Source: Thermoplasmata archaeon
GTDB lineage: Archaea > Thermoplasmatota > Thermoplasmata > Lutacidiplasmatales > UBA184
DNA length: 64,000 nucleotides
Direction: 5' to 3'
NCBI GenBank assembly: GCA_022750155.1
Contig: JAKIWG010000005.1
Span: forward strand, 34,465-98,464
The notes beneath the pieces were generated by a model that was given only the letters and a program-made list of their open reading frames with translations, searched no databases and was not told where the DNA came from. This document shows, piece by piece, positions 17,611 through 27,300 of the stretch. The stretch's first letter is position 1, and each line of letters opens with the position of its first letter. The position numbers and the translations under genes were made by a program.

Positions 17611-20100
17611 CTACCCCTGCAGGATCAGCCACTCGGAGTTGACGAAGAAGGTTCGGAACCCGAATCCCTGGGTGAACAGGTGGGCGGTAGGAAGGTAATC
17701 CGGTTTGTTCGGGAGCAACACGAAGTGGATGTCGTAGGAGGCGAGGAACGAGGACGTGTTCAGCACCCGCGGGAGTTGGACCGCAGGGTTCGAGGTCGGC
17801 CCGGTGCGGAGGGCGAGGGAGACGTGGAACGGCGCCCCCGGGACGGGGTCGGCGAAGCGGAGGGTGGCGGTCGGAACGGCGGCGGCGAGGTTGAGGGCGC
17901 TCGTGGAAGGAGCGGGCGTCATCGTGGCCACCGTGGAGACCGGGACCGGATCCGGTAGCGGGCCCACACCGGCCGAGAGGTTCCAGAACAGCGAACTCCC
18001 ATCGACCGAACCGCTCGTCACCGGGCTCGGGTTCACCAGCTGGGTGCTGGCCGCGAAACCGGCCAACGAGAAGGAGAGAGCGGTCACCGGGCTCCCGGAG
18101 GCCGGATTTACGGAGAAGTTCAGCCATCCCGCGCCGCCGGCACCGAGCGCGGTGGTTTCGTTCACCGTGGTTCCCGCCGTATTGAACGTAAGCTGGGCGC
18201 CCCCGGCGGCATCGGGGAGTTGCAGGGCACCTCCGCCCGGTAGCGAGGCGGTCCGGGTGACAGTCCCGCTCCCGTTCTGGACGGAAACGTTCAGCGTGGA
18301 GGGCAGGACGCGGAACACCGGGAAGTTGATGCCCTCGTACAGCACCGAATACATCGGCGTCGACGGAACCGCGCCGGGGGCCCCGAGCCCCGAGTAGGAG
18401 AACGCGGCCTCGTTGTTGGTGATCGCCCCTTGCCCGTTGAGGGCGAAATAGGTCTCCTCCACGTTGGTGATCTGCCAGGGAAAGAACAGGAGCCACGTCG
18501 GGCCGATCTCGTAGGCACCGCGATCCGTGAGCGCTTCGGTCCAGCGGACCACGCTCGCCGCGGCGAGGACCGACCCCGTTTGGGGGTTGCCCTTGAGCGC
18601 GTGCATAGCCTGCAGGAAGAACTGGTCGTGGGTGAGTCCAGTGTCGATGCGCTCGAGCCGCGTGGCGGTGGGTAGGGTGACGGTACTGATGAGCAGGACG
18701 ACGACCACGAACAGTCCGACGTCGACCCCCCATCCGGAACGGATCGTCCCCCGGCGGGTCGTTCGCCCCGCCTCCGGAGGGGCCGATGGGGGGGTGGTCG
18801 CGATCGGCGAGCCCGCAGGGACGATGTGGGCATTGCGTTCCAGGATCCAACGGTCTCCTACGACGGCGACCATCAGGGCGAGCGGGACCGGGAGGTAGTA
18901 CAGGAACCGGTTGTATACGGTGTCGACGTGGGCGTACCAGCCGAGCACCGGAACCGCGAGGCAGGTGACGAGCCAGCCGCCCGCCAGGAGCGCTTCGGTG
19001 GAGACAAGGCGCGGCCACTTCCACCTCGCCCCGAGGAGGGGGACCAGGACCAAGACGGAGGAGATCAACAGAACGGCGATCGCGGCATCGACGGAAAGGT
19101 AGAGCGGGGCTCCTGCCGGCCAGAACGCCGGTTCGGACCCGAGCGGGAGGAAGATCTGGCCGATATTGTTCAGGGGGTACGCGGCGGGGTTCGAGTACAG
19201 GTACGAAGCGTGAGAGATCTTCTGGACGGAGGTCACCGCGGTGTAGACGGCGACCGTCCCGGCGAGCAGGGCGATCCCGGCGAGATTCCCCCGATTGAAG
19301 ACCAGCCGACGTGCTCCGCGCTCGAAGAGCGAGACGAGGAGCCATCCGAACACAAGCTCGGCGGCGAGGAGAGCGAACGTCAGGGTGTGGTCGAGATACG
19401 TGAGGGCAACGAACCCCCACATCCCGACCGCGTAGAGCCGTCTCTGCGTCCGAAGGAAGCCGATCAGGCAGACGAACGCCTCGTTGACCAAGAGGAACGC
19501 CATGAAGTTCGGGTACCCCCCCCAGTAGAGCATCGAGAGGGTGGTCCCGTTCAGGAGGGCGGCCGCGACGAATCCAACCTGGGCTGGGCCGGTAGCGAGG
19601 AGTCGTCGGGAGAGGTGGATCGTGGTCAGGCCGAACCCCACGAGCATCAGGCTCGCGAAGATGAACCCCGGGAACAGGGCGCTCTGAGTCAGGCGGGCGA
19701 GGATCCCGAGGAACGGGAAGATCAGAGGGGGATAGACGTACGGGGAGCCCACCGCCATGACCGGAGGGTGCGGGAGTCCTACGAACCCGTAGGATCGTTG
19801 GGTCCAGTCCGCGGAATCGAACCCCGGCGGAACGGGAGCGGCTTGATAGGTCTGGAGCAGCACGGTCACCGCGAACAGGACGAGGAGCAGAGAGGCGACC
19901 AGGTACGGGCGGTTTCCGGCGCGTTGCAGGCGCTTCCAGAGCTGCCAGAAGCCGAGCGGCGCGGGGCGCGGCGCCGCTTCGGGGGGAGAGACCGACACCG
20001 GTGGCTCGCGACGCGAGGCACCTCTAATCATGGTTTCGGTGAAGCGGCCACGGCCGCGGGAGGCCGGGAGCCTCCCGGTTTTGCGACGGATGGTCACCAT
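17611..20100 (-). CDS. Large polytopic membrane protein, GT-C-like (paralog B)
   Basis: Within ORF 17611..20190, whose annotated start is TTG. Plausible starts are ATG 20100 ('MVTIRRK') or ATG 20031 ('MIRGASRR'). Motifs are 'PPGFDSADWTQRSYGF', 'YWGGYPNFMAF', 'LDHTL' and 'HVDTVYNRFLYY'. The sequon-rich C-terminal domain ends 'NSEWLILQG'. Confidence 0.65.
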   Translation of the reverse strand: MVTIRRKTGRLPASRGRGRFTETMIRGASRREPPVSVSPPEAAPRPAPLGFWQLWKRLQRAGNRPYLVASLLLVLFAVTVLLQTYQAAPVPPGFDSADWTQRSYGFVGLPHPPVMAVGSPYVYPPLIFPFLGILARLTQSALFPGFIFASLMLVGFGLTTIHLSRRLLATGPAQVGFVAAALLNGTTLSMLYWGGYPNFMAFLLVNEAFVCLIGFLRTQRRLYAVGMWGFVALTYLDHTLTFALLAAELVFGWLLVSLFERGARRLVFNRGNLAGIALLAGTVAVYTAVTSVQKISHASYLYSNPAAYPLNNIGQIFLPLGSEPAFWPAGAPLYLSVDAAIAVLLISSVLVLVPLLGARWKWPRLVSTEALLAGGWLVTCLAVPVLGWYAHVDTVYNRFLYYLPVPLALMVAVVGDRWILERNAHIVPAGSPIATTPPSAPPEAGRTTRRGTIRSGWGVDVGLFVVVVLLISTVTLPTATRLERIDTGLTHDQFFLQAMHALKGNPQTGSVLAAASVVRWTEALTDRGAYEIGPTWLLFFPWQITNVEETYFALNGQGAITNNEAAFSYSGLGAPGAVPSTPMYSVLYEGINFPVFRVLPSTLNVSVQNGSGTVTRTASLPGGGALQLPDAAGGAQLTFNTAGTTVNETTALGAGGAGWLNFSVNPASGSPVTALSFSLAGFAASTQLVNPSPVTSGSVDGSSLFWNLSAGVGPLPDPVPVSTVATMTPAPSTSALNLAAAVPTATLRFADPVPGAPFHVSLALRTGPTSNPAVQLPRVLNTSSFLASYDIHFVLLPNKPDYLPTAHLFTQGFGFRTFFVNSEWLILQG

Positions 20101-20247
20101 CGGCCCGGGCGGGGCGTCAGGGGGGGCCCGGCTCCGTGTCGGTTCGTTCGTGGGTCGCCTGGGCGACTCGTCCCTGCGGTCGCGTTGCAATTCGAGGGTG
20201 GGGCTTTAACCCGAGAATCTCTGACTCGCTCCTCGAAGGAGCTCTCG

Positions 20248-22683
20248 GTGGCGACCAAGGACCCTTCCCCTTCCGGCGCGGAGCCCGGAGCGGGGTTAAC
20301 GACCCTCCCGGAGTGGAGCTGGCCGTACTGGCTCGCGATGCTGGCCATCTTGGCCGCCGCGGTGGGGGTCCTCGAATGGCAGTTCCACATGTGGCCGCTG
20401 CCCCCGGGGAACGATACGGGCCACTGGCTGTGGACCTCCTACGGCTACGCCGGCCTCCCCACCCCGCCCGCGGCCGCAGTCGGGAGTGCCTACTCCGTCC
20501 CCCCCGTCCCGTTCCTGCTCCTGGCGATCTGTGTGCGAATCGTCGGGGACCCGTTCTCCGCGATCGCGCTGTACGCGGGGATTCTCCTGACGGCGTTCGG
20601 ACTGACGGTGATGCACGTCGCACGGACGTACCTTCGGCACCCTCCCTTCGGGGTGCTGATGGTGGGGGTCGTCCTGTTCAACGGGACGATCTTCAGCATG
20701 CTATTCTGGGGGGGGTTCCCGAACTTCACCGGCCTCATTTTCCTCGAGGAATCGATGGCCGGCGCGTTGCTGTTCGCGCGGTCCGGGAAACTTCGGGACT
20801 CGCTCATCCTGTACGGAGCGCTGTCCCTCACGTTCCTCTCGCACGACCTGTCCTTTGTCCTGGCCGTCGGAGGCGTGGCGATCGGTGCGTTCTTCCTGAT
20901 GGCGACCGGTCTCCTGGAGGGCCGCTTCCTGGTCCGCTGGCAGAACCTGGTCGGCCTCACGATCCTCGGCATCGTCGTGGTCGGATACTCGCTGATGACC
21001 CGATGGCTGGCAATTCCGCGCCCCGGGCTGATCAACTCCAATCCGGCCACGTACGTGATCGCAAACATCGGACAAATCTTCAATCCGATCACCCTCAGCG
21101 GCTCGACGACCCCGACGTACGAACTCCCGGTTCCGTTCACCCTCGGGGTCCTCCTCCTCATCCCGGTGGTCCTGTTCTTCATTCTCCTGTGGCTCCGCCG
21201 CGGCTCGCTGCGCCCGAGCTTCAGATGGAGGGCGGCCGCCCCGGGGTCCGAAACCCTTCCGGGACCCCGCGCCTCGGTCGTGGACGCGTCGCTGGTGATG
21301 GCGGTCGGCTGGCTTTCCGGGACGCTCGCGGTTCCCGCGCTCGGATATCTCGCCCACGTCGACACCGACTATCTTCGGTTCGGCTTCTTCCTCCCGGTCG
21401 CCTTCCTCCCCCTCATCGTCGTCGCGCTGGAACGCGCGGCCGAACGGGTGACGGGCTTCTCGGCGGTCGGCACGGCGTGGCCGAGGGCGGACCCCATCGG
21501 TGCGTCCCCGGCGGCCCCGTCGGCGTCTCGCCCTCGGGGCGGGATCCCGCGGCCTTGGGTCGCATTTCACCTCGCGATCGCGGTCGCCGTCTTGGTCGTC
21601 GCCGGTGGGTACGGGATACCGGTGGCGATCTCCAGCGAGCGGTTCAACACGCAGAACGCCCACGACGCGCAGTTCCTGGACGCGGTGTCCTTCCTCAAGC
21701 AGAGCAACGCCCCGGGCGCGGTCCTCACCTACGACGGGGCGACGCGCTGGGTCCAGTCGCTCACCGCCCGGGCGGCGTTCGATTCCGCCCCGACGTGGGA
21801 GCTCTTCTACCCATACCAGATCGTCGACGGTCAGGAGGCGTACTTCGCGTTGAACAGCGCGACCACGGTGACCGACAACCACGTCGCGCTCATGTACACC
21901 GGGACGAGCGTTGCCTCCCTATCGGCGCAGCCCGGCTATTCCGTGCTGGTCGAGGGGATCCCCTTCCCCGTGTTCCGCATCACCCCGGCGGCGACGTTCG
22001 TGAACGTGACGCAGAACGGCGTGGAACAGCGCTACTCCCCGACGGAGTGGGGCTCTCCCTCCTTCGTCGTGACCGGCGGCGCGACCCCGTCGGTCACCAC
22101 GTCATTTTCAGGGCCGGTGTTCTACTACAATGAAACCGACCAGATCGTGGGCGGGGGAGCGGCGTACCTCAATGTGTCCGTCACCCCCACTCCGGGATCC
22201 GGCGCCACGATCGATTCGTTCAGCTACGGATTGGCCCCACCGTCGGGCTCCGACCCGATCCTCCACGCCGCCAAGCCCGCGGGGATCAGCACCTCCGGGT
22301 CGAGCTTCCTCTGGCAGATGGCCGGTCGGCTCGGTCAGATCCCTGGTGCCTACGTCCTATCGACCTCCGGCACATTCGCGAGCCCTCCGGCCAACATGTC
22401 GCTCCCGTCCAAGGGGGCTCCGAACCTGCTGATCTTCTCCTTCGGGGGGAACGGGACGCCGGTGACGGGATCCTCGCTCGAGGTGTCGACCACCGGCACG
22501 GGGAACCCCGCCGTACAGCTCCCGCCGGTGCTCGCCACCTCCCAGTTCCTGACGAGCCACGGGATCCATTTCGTGCTCCTTCCGAACAACCCGGTCTACC
22601 TGCCGACCATCCAGGTGTTCCAGACGCAGCTCGGGTTTCAGTCGGCGTTCCAGAACTCCGAATGGACGGTGCTCGAAGGATGA
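20248..22683 (+). CDS. Large polytopic membrane protein, GT-C-like (paralog C)
   Basis: In frame with ORF 18826..22683, but the first ~470 codons are antisense to paralog B. GTG 20248 ('VATKDPSPS...') is the first plausible start after a 'GCTTTAAC' box at ~20203-20210. Motifs are 'PPGNDTGHWLWTSYGY', 'FWGGFPNFTGL', 'LSHDL' and 'HVDTDYLRFGFF'. The C-terminal domain ends 'NSEWTVLEG'. Confidence 0.65.
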   Translation: MATKDPSPSGAEPGAGLTTLPEWSWPYWLAMLAILAAAVGVLEWQFHMWPLPPGNDTGHWLWTSYGYAGLPTPPAAAVGSAYSVPPVPFLLLAICVRIVGDPFSAIALYAGILLTAFGLTVMHVARTYLRHPPFGVLMVGVVLFNGTIFSMLFWGGFPNFTGLIFLEESMAGALLFARSGKLRDSLILYGALSLTFLSHDLSFVLAVGGVAIGAFFLMATGLLEGRFLVRWQNLVGLTILGIVVVGYSLMTRWLAIPRPGLINSNPATYVIANIGQIFNPITLSGSTTPTYELPVPFTLGVLLLIPVVLFFILLWLRRGSLRPSFRWRAAAPGSETLPGPRASVVDASLVMAVGWLSGTLAVPALGYLAHVDTDYLRFGFFLPVAFLPLIVVALERAAERVTGFSAVGTAWPRADPIGASPAAPSASRPRGGIPRPWVAFHLAIAVAVLVVAGGYGIPVAISSERFNTQNAHDAQFLDAVSFLKQSNAPGAVLTYDGATRWVQSLTARAAFDSAPTWELFYPYQIVDGQEAYFALNSATTVTDNHVALMYTGTSVASLSAQPGYSVLVEGIPFPVFRITPAATFVNVTQNGVEQRYSPTEWGSPSFVVTGGATPSVTTSFSGPVFYYNETDQIVGGGAAYLNVSVTPTPGSGATIDSFSYGLAPPSGSDPILHAAKPAGISTSGSSFLWQMAGRLGQIPGAYVLSTSGTFASPPANMSLPSKGAPNLLIFSFGGNGTPVTGSSLEVSTTGTGNPAVQLPPVLATSQFLTSHGIHFVLLPNNPVYLPTIQVFQTQLGFQSAFQNSEWTVLEG

Positions 22684-24098
22684 GTCGCGGTTTCCTTCGC
22701 CCTCGCGATTTCCACCTCCTGAAGTCACGCGCCGCGCTCCTCGAGCGCCCCAGGACGGACTTCGACGGGGTCCGTAGGTCCAGCGCACGCCCCGGACGTC
22801 GGAGTCTGGTCGCCGCGTTGATCGTCCTATCGGTCCTCACCCCAGCCATGATCGCCGGGTCGATCGGAGCGCGTCCGGCCCTGACGCGCACGGGGTCGGC
22901 CCTCGTAGGCTTCGACCATCCGGCGACTCGCGCGCCCGTCGCCGAGAATCTATCCCTCACACTGCCCAACCCTTCCACGGCCGGGCCGAACGGTACGCGT
23001 GTGAACGTGACCGGGTCGGTCGGGGACGTGCTGACCGTGACCACCTACGTATCGCTGGACTCGTACACCGCCGCGTGGGGTCTCGTGACGGTCCACATCC
23101 CTGGGCTGTCGGTACGTTTCCCGACCACCGGTGGGAGCGACCCCCAGTTCCCCCTGACCGTGCCGCCCAAGAACCTGACGTTCGCCTCCAACGCATCCCT
23201 CAATTACCAGTCGTCGCTCACGCTCAACGTTACGGCGCCGTTTCACCTCGGATTAAACGCCACGATGACGAGCAGCGGCTACGCCCCGTTCTTCACGCTC
23301 CCCTGGGGAACGGTCGCCCTCAACTTCTCCTGGAGTTACATTCTCAACTCCTCGGCCCACGCGGTGCGGGCGTCGATGGGCCCGAGCGTTCTCCAGTCGA
23401 TCTTCCCCGCGGAGACGTTCACCGTGACCTATGCCGGGCCGAGCAGCGTCGCCCTAGGGACCCAGTTCACCGTGTGCCTCAGCGGCCCCGTCACGAATCG
23501 GACATTCGGTCTGCGGGGGGTCGATTCGACCGGGGGGGTATTTGCCAACATCACGCAGCCCTTTGGACCCGACTCGACCGGCTGCATGTCGATGCCGGTC
23601 CCCTCGAACGCATCCGTCGGAAAGGTGACGGTCCAATTGTGGGAGTACAGTTTCGAGCCGATCCGGCTGCGGCCCCTTCCCGCGACGACGGTGTCCGTCG
23701 CCGTGGGCCGATTGGCCGGAACCATTCAACCCTCGAACATCTCGGTGCTCCTGGTCGTCGACGGGCTCGCCGTCGGCTCCACACTGAATGGATCCTACTC
23801 GGTGGGACTTACCGCGGCGCCGAACGCCGTCCATCGTTGGTTCTTCAACGCCACGGGCTACTGGCCTCAGGCCTCCACGGTCACGGTGGTCGCCGGTTCG
23901 ACGATCTGGCTCAACCTGACGTTACTCCCTCGGAACCAGCAGCCGACAGGGTTCGGGAGCGCTCCGTTGATCAATCTCACGCCGATACAGGCCGCCGCAT
24001 TGGGCGGGGCCATTCTCCTGGTGGCCGGACTCGGTCTCTATGCGGTCGTCCAGCGACGCCGTCCGCCCACCCGCCCCCCAACCGGAACCCCCCCGTAA
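22680..24098 (+). CDS. Sequon-rich surface glycoprotein with a C-terminal TM anchor
   Basis: ATG 22680 overlaps the TGA of paralog C (ATGA). The N-terminal signal/anchor is 'LVAALIVLSVLTPAMIAG'. I count 17 N-x-S/T (x not P) sequons by eye in ~472 aa. The C-terminal TM 'LGGAILLVAGLGLYAVV' is followed by 'QRRRPPTRPPTGTPP'. Confidence 0.75.
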   Translation: MSRGFLRPRDFHLLKSRAALLERPRTDFDGVRRSSARPGRRSLVAALIVLSVLTPAMIAGSIGARPALTRTGSALVGFDHPATRAPVAENLSLTLPNPSTAGPNGTRVNVTGSVGDVLTVTTYVSLDSYTAAWGLVTVHIPGLSVRFPTTGGSDPQFPLTVPPKNLTFASNASLNYQSSLTLNVTAPFHLGLNATMTSSGYAPFFTLPWGTVALNFSWSYILNSSAHAVRASMGPSVLQSIFPAETFTVTYAGPSSVALGTQFTVCLSGPVTNRTFGLRGVDSTGGVFANITQPFGPDSTGCMSMPVPSNASVGKVTVQLWEYSFEPIRLRPLPATTVSVAVGRLAGTIQPSNISVLLVVDGLAVGSTLNGSYSVGLTAAPNAVHRWFFNATGYWPQASTVTVVAGSTIWLNLTLLPRNQQPTGFGSAPLINLTPIQAAALGGAILLVAGLGLYAVVQRRRPPTRPPTGTPP

Positions 24099-24320
24099 TG
24101 CGCGGGCAACCGGCCCCCCCCCCGGAGCGAGCAATCCGTGAACGGGATCGACGGAGGCGCTACCGAATCGATCTCCGCGCCCAGCGGGCCCCGTGCGGCC
24201 AGGGGATCACGATGCGCTCGCCGTTTCCGCTGCTTCCATGCCGATACAGGCGCCGGTCATGCATCGTCGCCCCGGATCCATGCGCGGTACCCGGCCGAGG
24301 TGCCCCGGATATGCTTATCC

Positions 24321-27300
24321 ATGAGAGTCGGTTCGTTGGCGCCCCGGGTGGCTCCTGTGGCCTCCAGACACGCCCCCAGAGTACGTGGCCCGTCCGACCG
24401 CCAGCGGTCTGTACTCTCCTCAGTAGGGATTGTCCTCCTGCTCCTGGTCTCTTCTGTAGCGCTCGCGTCTCCCGTTCGTGACGTGAGCGTCCCGTCGAGC
24501 GCCGCCGCGTCGTGGCCGGGGCATCAACCCGCCCCGGTCCCCGCCACGGGACCGATGGCCCCATCGGTCGGGGCGAGCCGCCCCTCTTCCCACCCTATGG
24601 TGGCCGCGGTGGACGGTCCGCGCTTTGCCTTCTGGGGTTCCGCGCATTCCCCGCCGGGCGCCCCGGCTCTCTTCGGGCCCCCGGGGCCTTCGGGCGGTGG
24701 GACCCGGGCCAACTGCGGAGTCGCCAGCACCCTGCTTCTCCCCGCGACGTACTCCCCGGCCTCGTGCTTCGGATCCGACGAGGCGGGGCTCCAGTTCTAC
24801 TCACCCCTGCGGGGCAGCGGCGGGAACGTGACGTGGAACCTCACCCTCCCCGTCGATGCCTCGGCGACGCAGAACCAATCGGACCTGTACGCCGCCGCGT
24901 GGGTGGCGATGACCCTCGCGTCCCCGGATGCGTGGATGCATGAGTGCCTTCTCGAGGTCCAGTTCTACCCCGACCACAGCTGGGTCCGTCCCTTGACCAC
25001 CACCCCCGGCAGCTGGGCGGCGGCCGCGGTCGGCTGGAAGATCGACCCGGCGACCGGCGTCGAGGACACCTGCTTCTACTCCCCGCTTTACCAGAGCGGG
25101 GTCTCCGGACAGTACCTCAGCCTGACCCAGGGAGACAACCTCAACGTCACCTTCCAGGGGTGGCCCGGCTCGGCCGGCGGGGAGCGGGTCTCGGTCGAGG
25201 ACCTGACCAGCGGGAACAGTTCCGGGCTCCAGATCTACAACGCGACGGGGGGCTACCCGCTCGACCCCGCGTATGCCAGCAGCATCGTCCCCAACTCGCT
25301 CAGCTGGAGCAGCGACGGCCAGCTCCCCGTCTCATTCGGACTGGCGATCGGGCGCGGGGCGAACCCGACGATCCCCTCGAACGGTTCGGCGGGGGGCTGC
25401 AGTCCGGGGCTTCCTCCCTCCGCACCGGCGGACCCCGCGGTTCCCTGCCCTTCCTACGACCCGTCGAGCTGGAGCAACGACACCCTCGTCCCCTGGAACG
25501 TCGCGTCGCCGACCTTCTTCAACGCGAGCGCCCGGGACTCACCGGTGCAGGTCGCGTTCACCTCCTCCGTGGGCGGGAGCGGCTCCCTCATCGACCGGAG
25601 CAACTCCACGTGCACGGGTCGGGTCGGCAGCAGTTACTGCACCTACCCGTGGTTCAGTTACACCTGCGCGTTCAATACCTTCGAGTTCGGGGCTACCGAC
25701 TACCCGGCCGTGAGCGTGGACTTCGGCCAGTCGCTTCAGTATGCCACGAATCCGGTCGAGAGCGCCGGGCTCATGCCGTACTTCCCTCCGACGAACTTCT
25801 CGACGCCGGGGTGCGGGACGGGAGTGGGAGTCACGGTCACGTTCAACGCCTCCTCCGGCTCGGTCGAATTCCTTTCGCACCTCTACGGTTCGACCCCCGT
25901 GGGGCTCCAGCACGTGCCTCCCGGCTCCTACTCGCTCTCCTATCATCCTGCCTCGGGCAGCACCTTCTCCGGCTGGCAGACGAGCGGCTCGGTCTCGGTC
26001 ACCGATCGCACGAGCCCATCGACCACCCTCGTGGTGGTCGGTACTGGCGCGGTCTACCCGATCCTCCGCGCGGGGGCCGTCTTCCGGTCCTTCCAGTACG
26101 TCGGAGGTACCCCGGGCGGCGCGGTCGAGATCGCTCCCAGCCTCCCGACGAACTCGACGGCCCCGGTGTACCTCACCAGTGGAAACTCGACGCTCCTCAC
26201 GCCCGACTCCTACACGGTCCAGGCCCTGCCCCCGCTCGGGACATGCTTCGCGTCGTGGAAGACCTCCGGACCGTCCGACGCTCTTGCCTCCCCGACCTTG
26301 CCCGAGACCCAGCTCACCTTCCCGGCCGGGGCCCCTACGTTCGTCCTCACCGCCTCCTACGTCGCGTGTGCCGGACTGGTGAACGTGGAGCTCGGGACCC
26401 ACGGGAACGGGACCGTGACGCTCAACGGGAGCTCGACCACGTACAACGCCACGACCCGCAACGGGACGGCCGATATCTCGGTCGTCGCGGGAGCGTACGC
26501 GCTGACCGCCACGCCCGCCCGCACCTGGCAGTTCGCCCAGTGGACGTACGGGCCGTCGGCGATGCTCACGAACTTCACCAACACGACGTGGGTGACCTTG
26601 GAGCCGGGCGCCGCCACGCTGACCGCGACGTTCGCCGCGACGATCGTGCTCGTCGACAACCCCGCCAACGGGGGCGGGATCTCGCTCAACGAATCGTCGG
26701 TCTACGACAACGGCACGGTCGTGCTCCTGCCGCCGGGGGTCTACTCGTTCGACGCGGTGCCGTCCGGAGGGTACTCCTTCCTACGGTGGCGCTCGAACGA
26801 TGCCCTGCATCTATGGGTCCTCCGTCCGAGGTCGCTCGTGACGCTCGTCCAGGTCAACGCCTCCGCCACGCTGACGGCGACGTTCGTGACGAAGGTGAAC
26901 AACACCGTCCAGTTCAACGTCGTTCCGGCCGGCGCCGGGGAGATCCGGTTCAATGTCCAGGACCTCTACACGACGCTCACGATCAACTCGAGCGTGGCCA
27001 ACGGCAGCTACCTGTTGTCGGTGTTCGAGACCTACGGCTACCGGTTCGTCGGTTTCGCCGCCTCCGGTCCCGTCAGCGTCGGAGGGGGGTTCCTTTCGGT
27101 CACGGGTACCGGGGGCACGCTCACCGCGAAGTTCGTCCTGCGCCTGTTCCCGGTGACGTTCATCGCGCTCCCCCCGAGCGCGCTCGGGGCCAAGATCAAC
27201 GGCACCTCCCTCCTCAGCGGTGGCACGGCCCACCTGGCGCTCGGAACGTATTCACTGAACGCCACGCTCTCGGCCGGCTCCACGTGGGTCGGTTGGGTGA

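Noticed and set aside
18826-20247. The first ~470 codons of the 1285-aa ORF 18826..22683, and ORFs 17537..19420 and 20136..22133
   Set aside because: The 5' part of the long ORF is antisense to paralog B and is charged and low-complexity. Membrane-protein character begins only after about 20248. The other two ORFs are R/P/G-rich alternative frames.
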